From a virus (taxonomy: Duplodnaviria > Caudoviricetes), in IMG/VR virus record IMGVR_UViG_3300045285_000042, positions 1 to 46,212 of that record: 46,212 bases of DNA, one strand, 5' to 3'. The translations under genes and the position numbers were made by a program. Each line of letters starts with the position of its first letter. Position 1 is the first letter of the stretch. The notes under the pieces were generated by a model. That model searched no databases. It was not told the DNA's origin and saw only the letters and a program-made list of their open reading frames with translations. This document shows positions 1 to 9,246 of this stretch, in pieces.

Positions 1-127
1 TTGCCCTACAGTGTGAGCGTGACAGAGGACTTCCAGCTTAAGCAATACGTAGACACAAAGCTGGCCAAGATAGCCTCAAGCAAAGGCCAAAGCCGCACAG
101 CCAGCCTAGCTGAGACAGCCACGCACA
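1..127. repeat. Terminal direct repeat, copy 1 (circular-assembly overlap)
   Basis: Identical to 46086-46212. A length of 127 bp matches a common de Bruijn k-mer size. Confidence 0.95.
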
Positions 128-288
128 TCGCCATCGGCTTTGTTGCGGCCCTGCTGCTGACCAGATGGCTTATTCCCGGCCTTGGCTATTCGGACAATGT
201 GCGGATTACGGCCATCTTCACGGCTGTCAGCCTTGTCCGAGGCTTTGTCATAAGACGCATTTTCAACTGGCTTACGATCAATGAATAA
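1..288 (+). CDS. Small two-TM phage membrane protein (QSRxxSLxE...VSLVRGFVIRRIFN type)
   Basis: Two hydrophobic helices and a motif common in phage nucleotide-metabolism regions. The exact start is uncertain (TTG at 1, or GTG at 13 or 19). Confidence 0.7.
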   Translation: MPYSVSVTEDFQLKQYVDTKLAKIASSKGQSRTASLAETATHIAIGFVAALLLTRWLIPGLGYSDNVRITAIFTAVSLVRGFVIRRIFNWLTINE

Positions 289-619
289 ATATATCATACA
301 GGACGACCCTCCCGCGATCATGGTCAACCCCAGCGGCTTTGACGCCGATGTTGCCCAAGTATTCAAAGAGGCCGAAGTGCTGCTACTACGCAAGCACGCA
401 GACTACGGGCCAAAGAACATAGCCAACGCCCCTGGTGGCCCGCTAATGGGCCTAGCCGTGCGCCTGCACGACAAGCTTGCACGGATTACGCATCTGCTTG
501 AGACAGGGGCAACGCCAAACAACGAAGCCCTGCGAGACACATTCATGGACGGGGCAAACTACAACCTGATTGGCGTGCTGATCTTAGATGGCAAGTGGCC
601 GGGAGTTGACAAGCAATGA
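281..619 (+). CDS. DUF1599 / nucleotide-modification-associated (MazG-like helical) protein
   Basis: LLRKHADYG...VRLHDKLARI...LRDTFMDGANY signature. Confidence 0.75.
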   Translation: MNKYIIQDDPPAIMVNPSGFDADVAQVFKEAEVLLLRKHADYGPKNIANAPGGPLMGLAVRLHDKLARITHLLETGATPNNEALRDTFMDGANYNLIGVLILDGKWPGVDKQ

Positions 620-840
620 CCCGCTTCAACGACCCGACAAGGCTGATCGAAGACAAGCTCAGGCTTGAGCAAGTCATCAAGATGCTAAAAGCCGTTGACC
701 CTGAAAGCATAAACGAGCACAAGAGCGGCGACCCTGTTGGCGACAGGCTTGCAACTGAAGGCTTTTACTGGGGCACAATCCAGCAGCTAAAGAACTATCT
801 ACGGGTAGTGCAAGGGAAGGCAAAGAAGATTTACGTATGA
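616..840 (+). CDS. Hypothetical protein
   Basis: ATGA-coupled to both neighbours. Confidence 0.65.
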   Translation: MTRFNDPTRLIEDKLRLEQVIKMLKAVDPESINEHKSGDPVGDRLATEGFYWGTIQQLKNYLRVVQGKAKKIYV

Positions 841-1013
841 GAAGCGCCTACATCTATGTGGTTAATTGCGACCTAGGGTTGATTGTATCAGCATTCACGG
901 TCAAGCATGAGCTTGAAACATGGCTGCACGATCACCGCGATGACTACAAGAACGCCAACGTATATCGCGTCCGGGCCATAGACCAGCAAGTTACGCACAT
1001 GGAGACCCTATGA
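837..1013 (+). CDS. Hypothetical protein (58 aa, MRSAYIYVV...)
   Basis: Below the ORF-track cutoff. It fills the gap exactly, with ATGA overlaps on both sides. Confidence 0.65.
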   Translation: MRSAYIYVVNCDLGLIVSAFTVKHELETWLHDHRDDYKNANVYRVRAIDQQVTHMETL

Positions 1014-2296
1014 GTATGCTCGCCAAAATACTAGCACGCCCCATAGATCCGGAGGCTGATGAGATACCCGGCAAGACTTTGAGCGGCAGTCATGCGGCCC
1101 ACAACCCCAGCCAAAAGGCTAGCTTAGTGGCGCTGAAGGTAGAAGGGGATGCACCTAACTCAGCGCCCGCTCAAATTACCACCCTGCCACAAGCATTGGA
1201 CGCCACAACCGCGTTCCTTCTGAAATACATTAAATTCCCTGAAGACTGGCACGCCAACATGATTGCCATATGGGTTGCTTATTCCTACGTCTGGAAGGCA
1301 TTCTACTGCACGCCTTACCTGATGAGCCGAGGCCCGGAGCAGAACTGCGGCAAGACACAAGTCTTACGTTGCTTGCTGGCCCTGTGCGATAACGTGCTTG
1401 GCGACTCGCTTATCGTAAGCATAAGCGAAGCGGCACTATTCCGAAGCGTCAGCGCAGACCAGCCCGTGCTGCTCATTGACGAAGTGGACAAGTTCTTCGC
1501 TCACGGCGGCGAAGACCCGATAGTTGGCGTGCTTAACTCTGGCTATCAGTACGGCGCTGTCTGTATCAGGTGCATCGGCCAAAGTGCAAAGCCTGAGAAG
1601 TTCGGAACCTTTTGCCCTAAAGCTTTCGCGGGCATTGGCAACATGGTTGACGAAACAACCGCAAGCCGGGCTATCCATATCCACATGGCGCGGCAAGACC
1701 CTGGCGACAGGGCGGCAATCTTCAGGCCCCGCGAGATACCCGCTGAAGTCGCGCATATCAGAACCTTTCTGGCTATCTGGGCCAAGCAATCATTTGAAGC
1801 ATTGCACAGAGCCAGGCCGATCGTGCCCGAAGAAATCAAAGACGGCAGGCAGATTGACATAGTCGAGCCGCTATTGGCCGTGGCAGACATGGCCGGGCCA
1901 GAATGGGCCGACAAAGCCCGCGAGGCTGCTGTGGCAGCGTTTAGCCAGCAGGTTGAAGATTCAGAGGGCACAAAGTTGCTACGAAGCATTAGGGCCGTAT
2001 TTGAGGAAAAGACAGTAAGCAAGATTACCAGCTTTGATCTCATCGGCAGACTGATAGCCGAAGAATCAGAAGCGCCCTGGGCAAGCAAATGGGAACGCGA
2101 CTACAGCAAAGGCAACTGGCACGGCGCAGCGGGCTGGATAGCTAGGACGCTAAAGCGTTATGGCATAGAGCCTAAGAACATCAGGACAGGGGATGACGAA
2201 GTGCATAAGGGGTACGTTCACGGGGATTTCGCCCGTGCTTGGAAAAAATACTTGCCGCAGGAACTTGAGCGGGTGCAGAAGGAATTAAGCTTATGA
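1010..2296 (+). CDS. DUF3631-type P-loop NTPase replication protein (helicase-like)
   Basis: Walker A-like GPEQNCGKT, Walker B LLIDEVD, VLNSGY, FCPKAFAGIG, and C-terminal LKRYGIEPKNIR...KGY...F..AW.KYL. Confidence 0.85.
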   Translation: MSMLAKILARPIDPEADEIPGKTLSGSHAAHNPSQKASLVALKVEGDAPNSAPAQITTLPQALDATTAFLLKYIKFPEDWHANMIAIWVAYSYVWKAFYCTPYLMSRGPEQNCGKTQVLRCLLALCDNVLGDSLIVSISEAALFRSVSADQPVLLIDEVDKFFAHGGEDPIVGVLNSGYQYGAVCIRCIGQSAKPEKFGTFCPKAFAGIGNMVDETTASRAIHIHMARQDPGDRAAIFRPREIPAEVAHIRTFLAIWAKQSFEALHRARPIVPEEIKDGRQIDIVEPLLAVADMAGPEWADKAREAAVAAFSQQVEDSEGTKLLRSIRAVFEEKTVSKITSFDLIGRLIAEESEAPWASKWERDYSKGNWHGAAGWIARTLKRYGIEPKNIRTGDDEVHKGYVHGDFARAWKKYLPQELERVQKELSL

Positions 2297-2625
2297 CAGC
2301 AGACGACTGGATAGACCCAACCAAAGGCAGGCGAGCCGCCCGCAAGGTAACAGGCGACCCAAGGCAGACAGGCAAAATGCGCAGCCACCCGCCAAAGCCA
2401 GCAAGGGTAAGAGGCTTCGCGGCAAGCACCCTTGAGAAGAAGTATCAGACTATGGCGGCCAAGTATAGCGAACTGGCGAAGCAAGCAAGGGCAGCAGACT
2501 GGGATGACGTTTACATGCTTGGCAGCAACCGAAGCGAGCCAATCCCAAGCGAAACAGTTTACACGCTCATGGCTGACATGGCCAGGATGATTGTTAGAGA
2601 CTTGAAGGAGTCGGCAAAGGTATGA
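2293..2625 (+). CDS. Hypothetical basic protein
   Basis: ATGA-coupled ORF. Confidence 0.65.
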   Translation: MTADDWIDPTKGRRAARKVTGDPRQTGKMRSHPPKPARVRGFAASTLEKKYQTMAAKYSELAKQARAADWDDVYMLGSNRSEPIPSETVYTLMADMARMIVRDLKESAKV

Positions 2626-2798
2626 AGCAACTAGCTAGAAACAAAATACGCTACTGGATTAAAGCCTTGCGCGAGGATTGCGACGAGGCAGAGCAAGCAT
2701 TGTTTTTATCGAGCCCGAATAAGAAGCTAGAGGAATTGGTTGTTCCCTTTAAGGACTCCACGAAAAACCTTGTCGGGGTGATAACCGAAGAACTATGA
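2622..2798 (+). CDS. Hypothetical protein (58 aa, MKQLARNK...)
   Basis: Fills the gap with ATGA overlaps on both sides. Confidence 0.6.
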   Translation: MKQLARNKIRYWIKALREDCDEAEQALFLSSPNKKLEELVVPFKDSTKNLVGVITEEL

Positions 2799-3535
2799 AA
2801 CCCCGCGTAATCCTGCTTGACCTTGAGACAGCGCCTAGCCTTGGCTACGTCTGGGGCATCTGGGAACAGAATGTCATAGCCGTCAAAGACGACTGGTTCT
2901 TGCTCAGTTTCTCCGTAAAGGAGCTTGGCAGGCGAGGGACACGGACATTCTGTTTGCCGGATTTCCCCTCGCTGTACGCCAAGAGCAAGCAAGATGACCG
3001 GGCCTTAGTCAACCAGCTTTGGAAAGAGATAGAGTCAGCCGATGTCATCATAGCTCATAACGGCGACAGGTTCGACATAGGCAAGTCCAATGCACGGTTC
3101 ATCTTTCACGGGCTAAACCCGCCTAGCCCTTACAAGACCGTTGACACTCTAAAGATAGCCCGCAAACATTTCAAGTTCGACAGCAACAGGCTGGACGATC
3201 TCGCCACCTACCTGAACATAGGCCGAAAACTGCCGACAGAAGGCAAGCACACATGGCTGGGGTGCATCGGCGGGGATAAGAAGGCATGGGCGACCATGCG
3301 GAAGTATAACGCGCATGACATAACGCTCCTTGAAGGCGTTTATATGAAACTCAGGGCTTGGTCAACCAGCCATGTAAACCTTGACAGCTTTGACAAGCGA
3401 GGCGTCTGCCCAACCTGCCAAGCCGATAAGCTGCAAAAGCGGGGCTACGTGTATACCAAGACAGGCAAACGTGAACGCTACCAATGCACGGGCTGTGGGG
3501 CATGGAGCAGCGGGGTTAAGCATCTCAAGCCATGA
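2795..3535 (+). CDS. DEDD/RNase H-like 3'-5' exonuclease with C-terminal zinc ribbon
   Basis: ExoI LDLET, ExoII AHNGDRFD, ExoIII YNAHD, and CPTC...CTGC. Confidence 0.88.
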   Translation: MKPRVILLDLETAPSLGYVWGIWEQNVIAVKDDWFLLSFSVKELGRRGTRTFCLPDFPSLYAKSKQDDRALVNQLWKEIESADVIIAHNGDRFDIGKSNARFIFHGLNPPSPYKTVDTLKIARKHFKFDSNRLDDLATYLNIGRKLPTEGKHTWLGCIGGDKKAWATMRKYNAHDITLLEGVYMKLRAWSTSHVNLDSFDKRGVCPTCQADKLQKRGYVYTKTGKRERYQCTGCGAWSSGVKHLKP

Positions 3536-3969
3536 CCAAAGAGCAAAAGCGCCTGAGCGAACCGAACCTTTTGCTTAAGCGCAGACTGTCTATTCCCATC
3601 TATGGGTCTGTTGTTCTCCTTTACATTTCCCGCAACCCATCCAAAACGCACAAACGACTGAAGTCAACCGGCGCGATAGAGGGCGGGATGGAAGGCAACC
3701 AAGGCGGAACTTACTCTGATGGAAAAAACGGATTCTATATTCTGTTTGAGTTGGGCGAGATTACCAAGAGCGCCATTGCCCATGAGGCAAGTCATTGTGC
3801 CGAGTGGATATTGCAGCACGTAGGGCATGGCGGCTGCCGCCATTGCAGCAATGAGCCGTTCGCCTATCTGCTGGGATATATCCAGACATGGATAGAGCTT
3901 CAGGTGAACTTAGCCGGGATACCTATAATCCTCGACTGGGAGCGTTCTAACTCGCTCCGTAAGCGTTAG
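3532..3969 (+). CDS. HExxH putative metallopeptidase-like protein
   Basis: AIAHEASH...NEPFAYLLGY motif typical of small phage zincin-like proteins. Confidence 0.65.
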   Translation: MTKEQKRLSEPNLLLKRRLSIPIYGSVVLLYISRNPSKTHKRLKSTGAIEGGMEGNQGGTYSDGKNGFYILFELGEITKSAIAHEASHCAEWILQHVGHGGCRHCSNEPFAYLLGYIQTWIELQVNLAGIPIILDWERSNSLRKR

Positions 3970-3971
3970 CC

Positions 3972-4331
3972 TTAACTCAAAGCAGTATGGCCAATAGTAG
4001 AAGCAGCAAGCAGGATAGCGGCAAACGCGCCAAGGAAAGGCCTGCCGTCCCGCTGAAAGCCAAGCTTCGGATGGCCGTCCGCCGGTGCGTCGGCCTCATG
4101 CCCGTGCGCGTCTGTCGCAGGGATTTTCCGCTGCCAGTCGCGCCTGATAAGGTCGTTCAGGTAGGCACTCGGATTGATATAAGGCCCGTCGCGCATGGCG
4201 ATCAGGATTTTCAGGTAAACCTCCTCCAGCATACTGATGGTCAGGCTTCTGTTCTTGCGCGGGTCATGTGTTTCGACTTCCGCTATTTCTTCAGCCAACG
4301 GCAGGCGTCGGCGTATCTGTTTTTTCTTCAT
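3972..4331 (-). CDS. Putative ribbon-helix-helix-like regulator with C-terminal hydrophobic tail
   Basis: RSLTISM (strand), EEVYLKI (helix), NPSAYLNDLIRRD (helix). It is the only reverse gene in the early block and diverges from an AT-rich intergenic region. Confidence 0.55.
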   Translation of the reverse strand: MKKKQIRRRLPLAEEIAEVETHDPRKNRSLTISMLEEVYLKILIAMRDGPYINPSAYLNDLIRRDWQRKIPATDAHGHEADAPADGHPKLGFQRDGRPFLGAFAAILLAASTIGHTALS

Positions 4332-4499
4332 AGAGGATCGATTTTCAATAAGACAAGACAGAATCGCTCGGCGTTCACAAGTTTTTTCTTTTGTAAACTG
4401 CCTTAATGCAAAACCTTACGTGGCGTAAAAAAGAAAGTTGAAAAAAGCACTAGACGCATTGAACATCATTGATAAATAGTGTTCTAACAACGAAAACCA
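4332..4499. promoter_or_regulatory. AT-rich divergent promoter region
   Basis: Non-coding with A/T tracts. TTGAAA at 4438, TTGAAC-N18-TCTAAC at 4459, and palindrome TTACG-tgg-CGTAA at 4416-4428. Confidence 0.6.
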
Positions 4500-4781
4500 A
4501 TGAAACCCTACCAGAACCTAGCAAAATCAATTGAAACCCGCAATTTCGACAAAGTAAACGGCTTTTACAGCCTTGGATGGAATCGCGGCCTGGTTGACGG
4601 CATTAAAACCCACTGCGGATTCCTACCCCAACGGGACGAAATCGGCAGTACGGCGGCTGTAGATCGGGCCTGCGACAAGTTCATGGGCAAGCGCGACATG
4701 ATCTGGGTAGCGGCCATGACCGACTACCTGCCAAGCGCCGAAGCCTTTGCCGCGATCGCAGCATTAGCCAGCAACCAATGA
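4500..4781 (+). CDS. Hypothetical protein
   Basis: First ORF after the promoter region. Confidence 0.7.
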   Translation: MKPYQNLAKSIETRNFDKVNGFYSLGWNRGLVDGIKTHCGFLPQRDEIGSTAAVDRACDKFMGKRDMIWVAAMTDYLPSAEAFAAIAALASNQ

Positions 4782-4951
4782 GATACCCAACCATAACCCA
4801 AGACCTCTCGCTTTTCCATGCCCACCAACAACCTAAGCGGCGGCTAGTAGAACGCTTTTTCGACCGCAGAATCAAGCAAGTCAGACGCGAGCTTATGCGG
4901 CTAAAGGTTAAGCGGGCTTTGTTTGCACCAACTGAGGCAAGACTGCCATGA
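4778..4951 (+). CDS. Hypothetical basic protein (57 aa)
   Basis: ATGA overlaps on both sides. Confidence 0.55.
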   Translation: MRYPTITQDLSLFHAHQQPKRRLVERFFDRRIKQVRRELMRLKVKRALFAPTEARLP

Positions 4952-5106
4952 ATTTCCCCGTGCTGTTGTCGGCCAAGCCACTACCTCTGCCAAGTCTGGT
5001 TAAGGGCGATGCGACAGAGGACATCACTGTCGGCGGGGAATCCTTTTGGGACATATCGCCTGACGAAGCAAGGCAGGCTTACGAGAATGACATATATGAC
5101 AACTAA
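4948..5106 (+). CDS. Hypothetical acidic protein (52 aa)
   Basis: ATGA-coupled ORF that fills the gap. Confidence 0.5.
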   Translation: MNFPVLLSAKPLPLPSLVKGDATEDITVGGESFWDISPDEARQAYENDIYDN

Positions 5107-5365
5107 AGAACAAATAGCAGTAATGCAGGGCTATGTGGATGGCAAGCAAGTTCAAATGCGGTTGTGCTCGGGGAAGTGGACTTACATTACCAGACCTAAC
5201 TGGAACTGGCTGGAAAACGAATACCGTATAAAGCCTGAGCCGCGTGAGTGGTGGATTAGCCAAGATGAGGTGGCCCAGACTCCTCAGAACGGATATTACT
5301 TTGGGGTTGCTAGGACTCGCCCTAATGGGCTTCCGGCCATCCATGTCCGAGAGGTCTTAGAGTGA
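5096..5365 (+). CDS. Conserved phage hypothetical protein
   Basis: I.VMQ.Y.DGK.VQ...P.WNW...EYRIKPEPRE.W pattern common in phage early genes. Confidence 0.75.
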   Translation: MTTKEQIAVMQGYVDGKQVQMRLCSGKWTYITRPNWNWLENEYRIKPEPREWWISQDEVAQTPQNGYYFGVARTRPNGLPAIHVREVLE

Positions 5366-5553
5366 ACATGCTAACACGAGCCTTTTGCAGATTCATTAAG
5401 CGGGAGCGTGTCTTCTGCGACCATAACGCGGCATGTCTTTGCTACGGAACCCACCTGGTTGAAAACAAAGACGGCAGCGTCGTTTTACTTTGCGACAAGC
5501 ACTCCCCCAACCACAAGAACCATGCACGCACTTACGAAATTGGAAATAGGTAA
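5362..5553 (+). CDS. Small Cys/His-rich hypothetical protein
   Basis: GTGA-coupled, with CDH..C...CDKH. Confidence 0.5.
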   Translation: MNMLTRAFCRFIKRERVFCDHNAACLCYGTHLVENKDGSVVLLCDKHSPNHKNHARTYEIGNR

Positions 5554-6064
5554 ACGATACGGTCGCCTTGTCGTAGTTGCCTTCGGCGGGACGAATAAGC
5601 ACCGACACGCAACATGGAGCTGCGTATGCGATTGTGGAAAACCATCCACCGTAGTTGGGATTCAGCTTCGCTCAGGAGCTACAAAGTCTTGTGGGTGCTT
5701 GCAGCGAGAGAGGGCGTCGGCCTGTTCGACTAAGCACGGATACGCAAGATTCGGAAGACCTACCCCTGAATACCGCTCCTGGGTTTCCATGCATACTAGG
5801 TGCTACAACCCCAAGCGAGACCAATATCAAGATTACGGCGGCAGGGGCATCACCGTGTGCGCTAGGTGGCACAGAAGCAACCCGCAAGGATTTATTAACT
5901 TCGTGTCCGACATGGGAGACAAGCCAGCCAGCAGGATGTCGGTGGACAGGATTAATAACGACTTGGGCTACAGGCCATCAAATTGCCGATGGTCAACGCC
6001 ACAGGAGCAGAATCGAAACAGAAGACCAAACAACCAACCAAAGGAAACCAAATGCCAACAGTAG
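5522..6064 (+). CDS. HNH homing-endonuclease-like protein
   Basis: GKRYGRLVV...CVCDCG...SCGC, then SW.SM..RC...YGGRGITVC.RW, then SVDRINNDLGY.PSNCRW. Confidence 0.88.
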   Translation: MHALTKLEIGKRYGRLVVVAFGGTNKHRHATWSCVCDCGKPSTVVGIQLRSGATKSCGCLQRERASACSTKHGYARFGRPTPEYRSWVSMHTRCYNPKRDQYQDYGGRGITVCARWHRSNPQGFINFVSDMGDKPASRMSVDRINNDLGYRPSNCRWSTPQEQNRNRRPNNQPKETKCQQ

Positions 6065-6492
6065 TATCCAAATCAGTATTCAAGCAAGGCCAAGGCCCAA
6101 AAGGCCCGTGGACAATGTATTCAGTTGACCTGGACAACGGCGGCAAAGCAACCGGCTTTGACGAAGTTGAGGTCGGCTCGCAAGTCAGTGTCGAGCAGAA
6201 AGGCAAATACACCAACTACAAGCTAGCCGATGGCAGCAAGCCAACCTCAGTCAGCACAAGCAGCAACGGCCACCATGATGCCAGTGCGGCTTTCAGGGGC
6301 GGCGATGACAAGTCATCCGAGATCAAGTGGATGGCAAGCCAGAAGGTAGCCGCTCTGTTAATGGCCGGGGCTGGCAGCGATAAGGTTGACGTGCTCATGC
6401 AAGTGGCACGGTTCATCTACAATGAGCCAGCCGACATTACGGCAGAGGCCAAGCGGCTGTTTAATGCTGAAGAAGCTAAGACTGTATTCTAG
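6052..6492 (+). CDS. Putative OB-fold ssDNA-binding-like protein
   Basis: Beta-rich N-terminus (KGPWTMYSV...EQKGKYTN) and a flexible linker, located upstream of an exonuclease. Confidence 0.5.
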   Translation: MPTVVSKSVFKQGQGPKGPWTMYSVDLDNGGKATGFDEVEVGSQVSVEQKGKYTNYKLADGSKPTSVSTSSNGHHDASAAFRGGDDKSSEIKWMASQKVAALLMAGAGSDKVDVLMQVARFIYNEPADITAEAKRLFNAEEAKTVF

Positions 6493-6637
6493 CCATGTGG
6501 GAACTGCACCTATTTCCTGGCGGCAAGGTTGGCGAATGCAAGACTCGTTTCGGAGTGTGGCTATGGATGCTATTCCATACATTCACGCTCCAGGAGAAAC
6601 GGGCAATCAATAAAGAAACAAGGGAGCATATAGTCAA

Positions 6638-7456
6638 ATGGTAAGCATAGCCACAATCCCTGTAGTCAGCCAATACAGGTTTGATGCAGAGAAGCATATT
6701 CACACCCTTGACGGGCAGCCGCTCATGGGGACATCCACGGTCGTAGGCGCACTTGGAAAGCCCCTCACTTACTGGGCTGCTGGCTGTGCGCTTACACCGC
6801 TGGGATGGTTGAACCGTAAGAAGTCAACTGCCAAGGAACGCCGGGAATCAGCAAGCGCCAAACAGGACATTATCCGAGACATGCTCATAGACGAATATGT
6901 TGCACTCCTGGAATCCTGCTACCATGCACATACCAAGGTGCTAAAAGACACGGCCAGCGCTGGCACAAACACGCATAAGGCGCTTGAGCATTATGTCCAA
7001 GCCTGCATAGACGACCAGGATGGCGCACCGCAGGCTCCGTTACCCGGCCTGCTGTTGCCAGCCGTGGAAGTGTTCGCCAACTGGGCTATTGAGCATGTGC
7101 AGAAGTTCCTATGGTCAGAGAAACATTGCTACAGTGAGGAACTCTGGGTAGGCGGCATTAGCGATTGCGGAGCACTGCTGACCACCGGGAGCACGGCTGT
7201 CATAGACTTCAAGCGAAAGGGCTGCTACTACAGCCAGTTTGTCCAGATCGGGGGCTACGCCATACAGGTAGAGGAAAATGGCCTGTTTACGGCAGACGGC
7301 CAACCGTACGAAGAATGCGAAGTAAGCGAAATAGATGAGCTAATCGTGTTCCCAAATGACGGCAAGCTAAGGATAGAGCCAGCCGAGCCTTACATGCAAA
7401 GGTTTGCTGAAGTGGTCAACATATACAAGCACCAGCAGGAATATGACAATGACTAA
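6638..7456 (+). CDS. PD-(D/E)xK nuclease superfamily exonuclease
   Basis: AGTNTHKALE, SE, GGISD, VIDFK and QIGGY motifs. Confidence 0.85.
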   Translation: MVSIATIPVVSQYRFDAEKHIHTLDGQPLMGTSTVVGALGKPLTYWAAGCALTPLGWLNRKKSTAKERRESASAKQDIIRDMLIDEYVALLESCYHAHTKVLKDTASAGTNTHKALEHYVQACIDDQDGAPQAPLPGLLLPAVEVFANWAIEHVQKFLWSEKHCYSEELWVGGISDCGALLTTGSTAVIDFKRKGCYYSQFVQIGGYAIQVEENGLFTADGQPYEECEVSEIDELIVFPNDGKLRIEPAEPYMQRFAEVVNIYKHQQEYDND

Positions 7457-7823
7457 ACTTTCGTCTTTACATGCAGTAGCCGAGCCGGACAGGATGCCGC
7501 TGGAGATAGTCCCGCCGAGTCGGGGCGACGATTCTTCCGGCGGATCTTTGACAGCATTGCCCGACCCGTGGCTGTTCAACAGCGAATCTTTGATTCGCGA
7601 GATAGACCGCATCAGGGAAACGGCGCTACAGGTTCCGTGTAACGGCGATTCTAACGCCACGCACTTCGGATTACAGCAGGTAATCAATGCTGCCTGGACG
7701 CTTCGGGAGAACTTGCGATTCATGCTTGGCCTGCATAGGCAGCGGCAAGATTCTTTCCGAAAGGCGGAACCACAACATCAGACAATATATGGAGCATTAA
7801 GTCGCCTGTGTATAACATGTTAG
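7443..7823 (+). CDS. Hypothetical protein
   Basis: ORF overlapping both neighbours. Confidence 0.6.
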   Translation: MTMTKLSSLHAVAEPDRMPLEIVPPSRGDDSSGGSLTALPDPWLFNSESLIREIDRIRETALQVPCNGDSNATHFGLQQVINAAWTLRENLRFMLGLHRQRQDSFRKAEPQHQTIYGALSRLCITC

Positions 7824-8149
7824 CAACTACAGGGGACAGGCTGGAATCGTCACTTCGGTGGGCGATCAGAATAGAGAATCCCGGCCTTGTTTATTACATC
7901 GGAGACGGCAACGGGCAGGTGAAAATAGGGTGGAGCAAGAATCCGCACGCTCGCCTCAAGATAGCGCAAACGTTCAACCCCGACACCGTAATGCTCGGAC
8001 TAGAACCGGGAGACAGGAATCTTGAGTATAGAAGGCATTATAGATTCCGTGCCCAACACGTAAGGCAGGAATGGTTTTGGAATAAGGGAGCTCTGGCTGA
8101 GCACATCAAACTGCTCAAGAAATCGGAAACCGAACTCGGCCTACCATGA
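7817..8149 (+). CDS. GIY-YIG superfamily (T5orf172/MUG113-like) protein
   Basis: VYYI...VKIGWS.NP..RL...E...H.RF......EWF. Confidence 0.85.
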   Translation: MLATTGDRLESSLRWAIRIENPGLVYYIGDGNGQVKIGWSKNPHARLKIAQTFNPDTVMLGLEPGDRNLEYRRHYRFRAQHVRQEWFWNKGALAEHIKLLKKSETELGLP

Positions 8150-8409
8150 AACCAACCGCCCTTGCAGCCCTGCTAATAGTCTCATTCATATACCTTTCGG
8201 CTGCCATACCGGGCAGGCCAAGGCTGCACAGCCCTCCCGCTGGGGGAACGGCTGTGCCGCCGCGCCTGTTCGACAACGGCGAAGTCGCTCGCATCGCAGC
8301 AAATGGCTGCGAAGTCGTAGTCCAATCCGCCGTCTGGGATGCCGGTTGCCGCTGTTGGATTTATACAGTTGTTCCAGCATCAGCAAGTCTGACGCAGGCA
8401 GGCAAATAA
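8146..8409 (+). CDS. Small exported or membrane-anchored protein
   Basis: N-terminal signal-like helix followed by a Pro-rich linker. Confidence 0.6.
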   Translation: MKPTALAALLIVSFIYLSAAIPGRPRLHSPPAGGTAVPPRLFDNGEVARIAANGCEVVVQSAVWDAGCRCWIYTVVPASASLTQAGK

Positions 8410-8422
8410 TGTTCAAACTAAT

Positions 8423-9019
8423 ATGAAAGATCAATGGACAGAAGAAAGCGTTCAACGCCTTGTCGCAATGGACAAGCTTGCCGCCAGGCGAATAGCCGAC
8501 AAGCACAACGCCGAGCTCGCAAAAGCGTTTCAAAACGGTGTAGATTCCAAGCGCACAGGAGTCGCTACAGGTCAGGCAGGCCAACAATTCAAACCTGCGA
8601 CAGGCGAACACGAAACGTTACTGCAACAACTCCGAACACAACAGGAAATGGCACAACCCAAGTCCGCGCCAGACGAATGGACGGCAGAACGTGAAGATGT
8701 TGAATGGCTGACTACTCCAACAGGAAATCATTATAGGGTTCCTGACACGAATTGTGGTGTTGAGAGAGAGGTTGAACGGCTACTAAAAGAAATCAACGCC
8801 GCGCTCGCCGCCGAGGAAGATAAACGCGCCGATTGGAACGTGGTAATCGAGGACTTAGAGAAAGCACTCGCTGCAGAGAGGGGTAAGCACCCTCCCGTGT
8901 CAGGCGAATGGACGGCGGAGCGGGTAGAACGCTACCTCCCTGATCACACTGAATCACTAGCTAAAGCAATCAACGCCGCACTCGTCGCCGAGAGGGCTGA
9001 GATAGATGCAACACCATGA
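8423..9019 (+). CDS. Modular repeat-array protein 1 (three WTxE...NAxLA units)
   Basis: QWTEE..HNAELA, EWTAE..INAALAAE, EWTAE..INAALVAE. Confidence 0.8.
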   Translation: MKDQWTEESVQRLVAMDKLAARRIADKHNAELAKAFQNGVDSKRTGVATGQAGQQFKPATGEHETLLQQLRTQQEMAQPKSAPDEWTAEREDVEWLTTPTGNHYRVPDTNCGVEREVERLLKEINAALAAEEDKRADWNVVIEDLEKALAAERGKHPPVSGEWTAERVERYLPDHTESLAKAINAALVAERAEIDATP

Positions 9020-9246
9020 AAGACCAACCCAAACCGGCGACAGGCGAATTGTGGATAGGTGGCAACTGCAAATTCTGCAATGAACCAGACGGAAAGCATA
9101 AGCCCGATTGCCGCCGGACCGCGACAGGTGAATGGACGGTGGAGCGGCTACGCGAATACCTAGGTGGATATTCATCTTATGATCTTCAGCTTCGGGCAAT
9201 GTCCAAGCTAATCAACGCCGCACTCGCAAAGGCGGTGCAACCTTGA
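9016..9246 (+). CDS. Modular repeat-array protein 2 (with CxxC-H-C insert)
   Basis: PKPATGE, Cys insert, ATGEWTVE..INAALA. ATGA-coupled. Confidence 0.8.
   Translation: MKDQPKPATGELWIGGNCKFCNEPDGKHKPDCRRTATGEWTVERLREYLGGYSSYDLQLRAMSKLINAALAKAVQP

Noticed and set aside
3987-4406. 139-aa plus-strand ORF
   Set aside because: It is the antisense shadow of the RHH-like gene and runs into the promoter region, with no recognisable motifs.
6638-7456. Cas4 implying spacer acquisition into the array
   Set aside because: It has PD-(D/E)xK motifs but lacks the C-terminal three-Cys Fe-S cluster motif of Cas4, so it is treated as a generic phage exonuclease.
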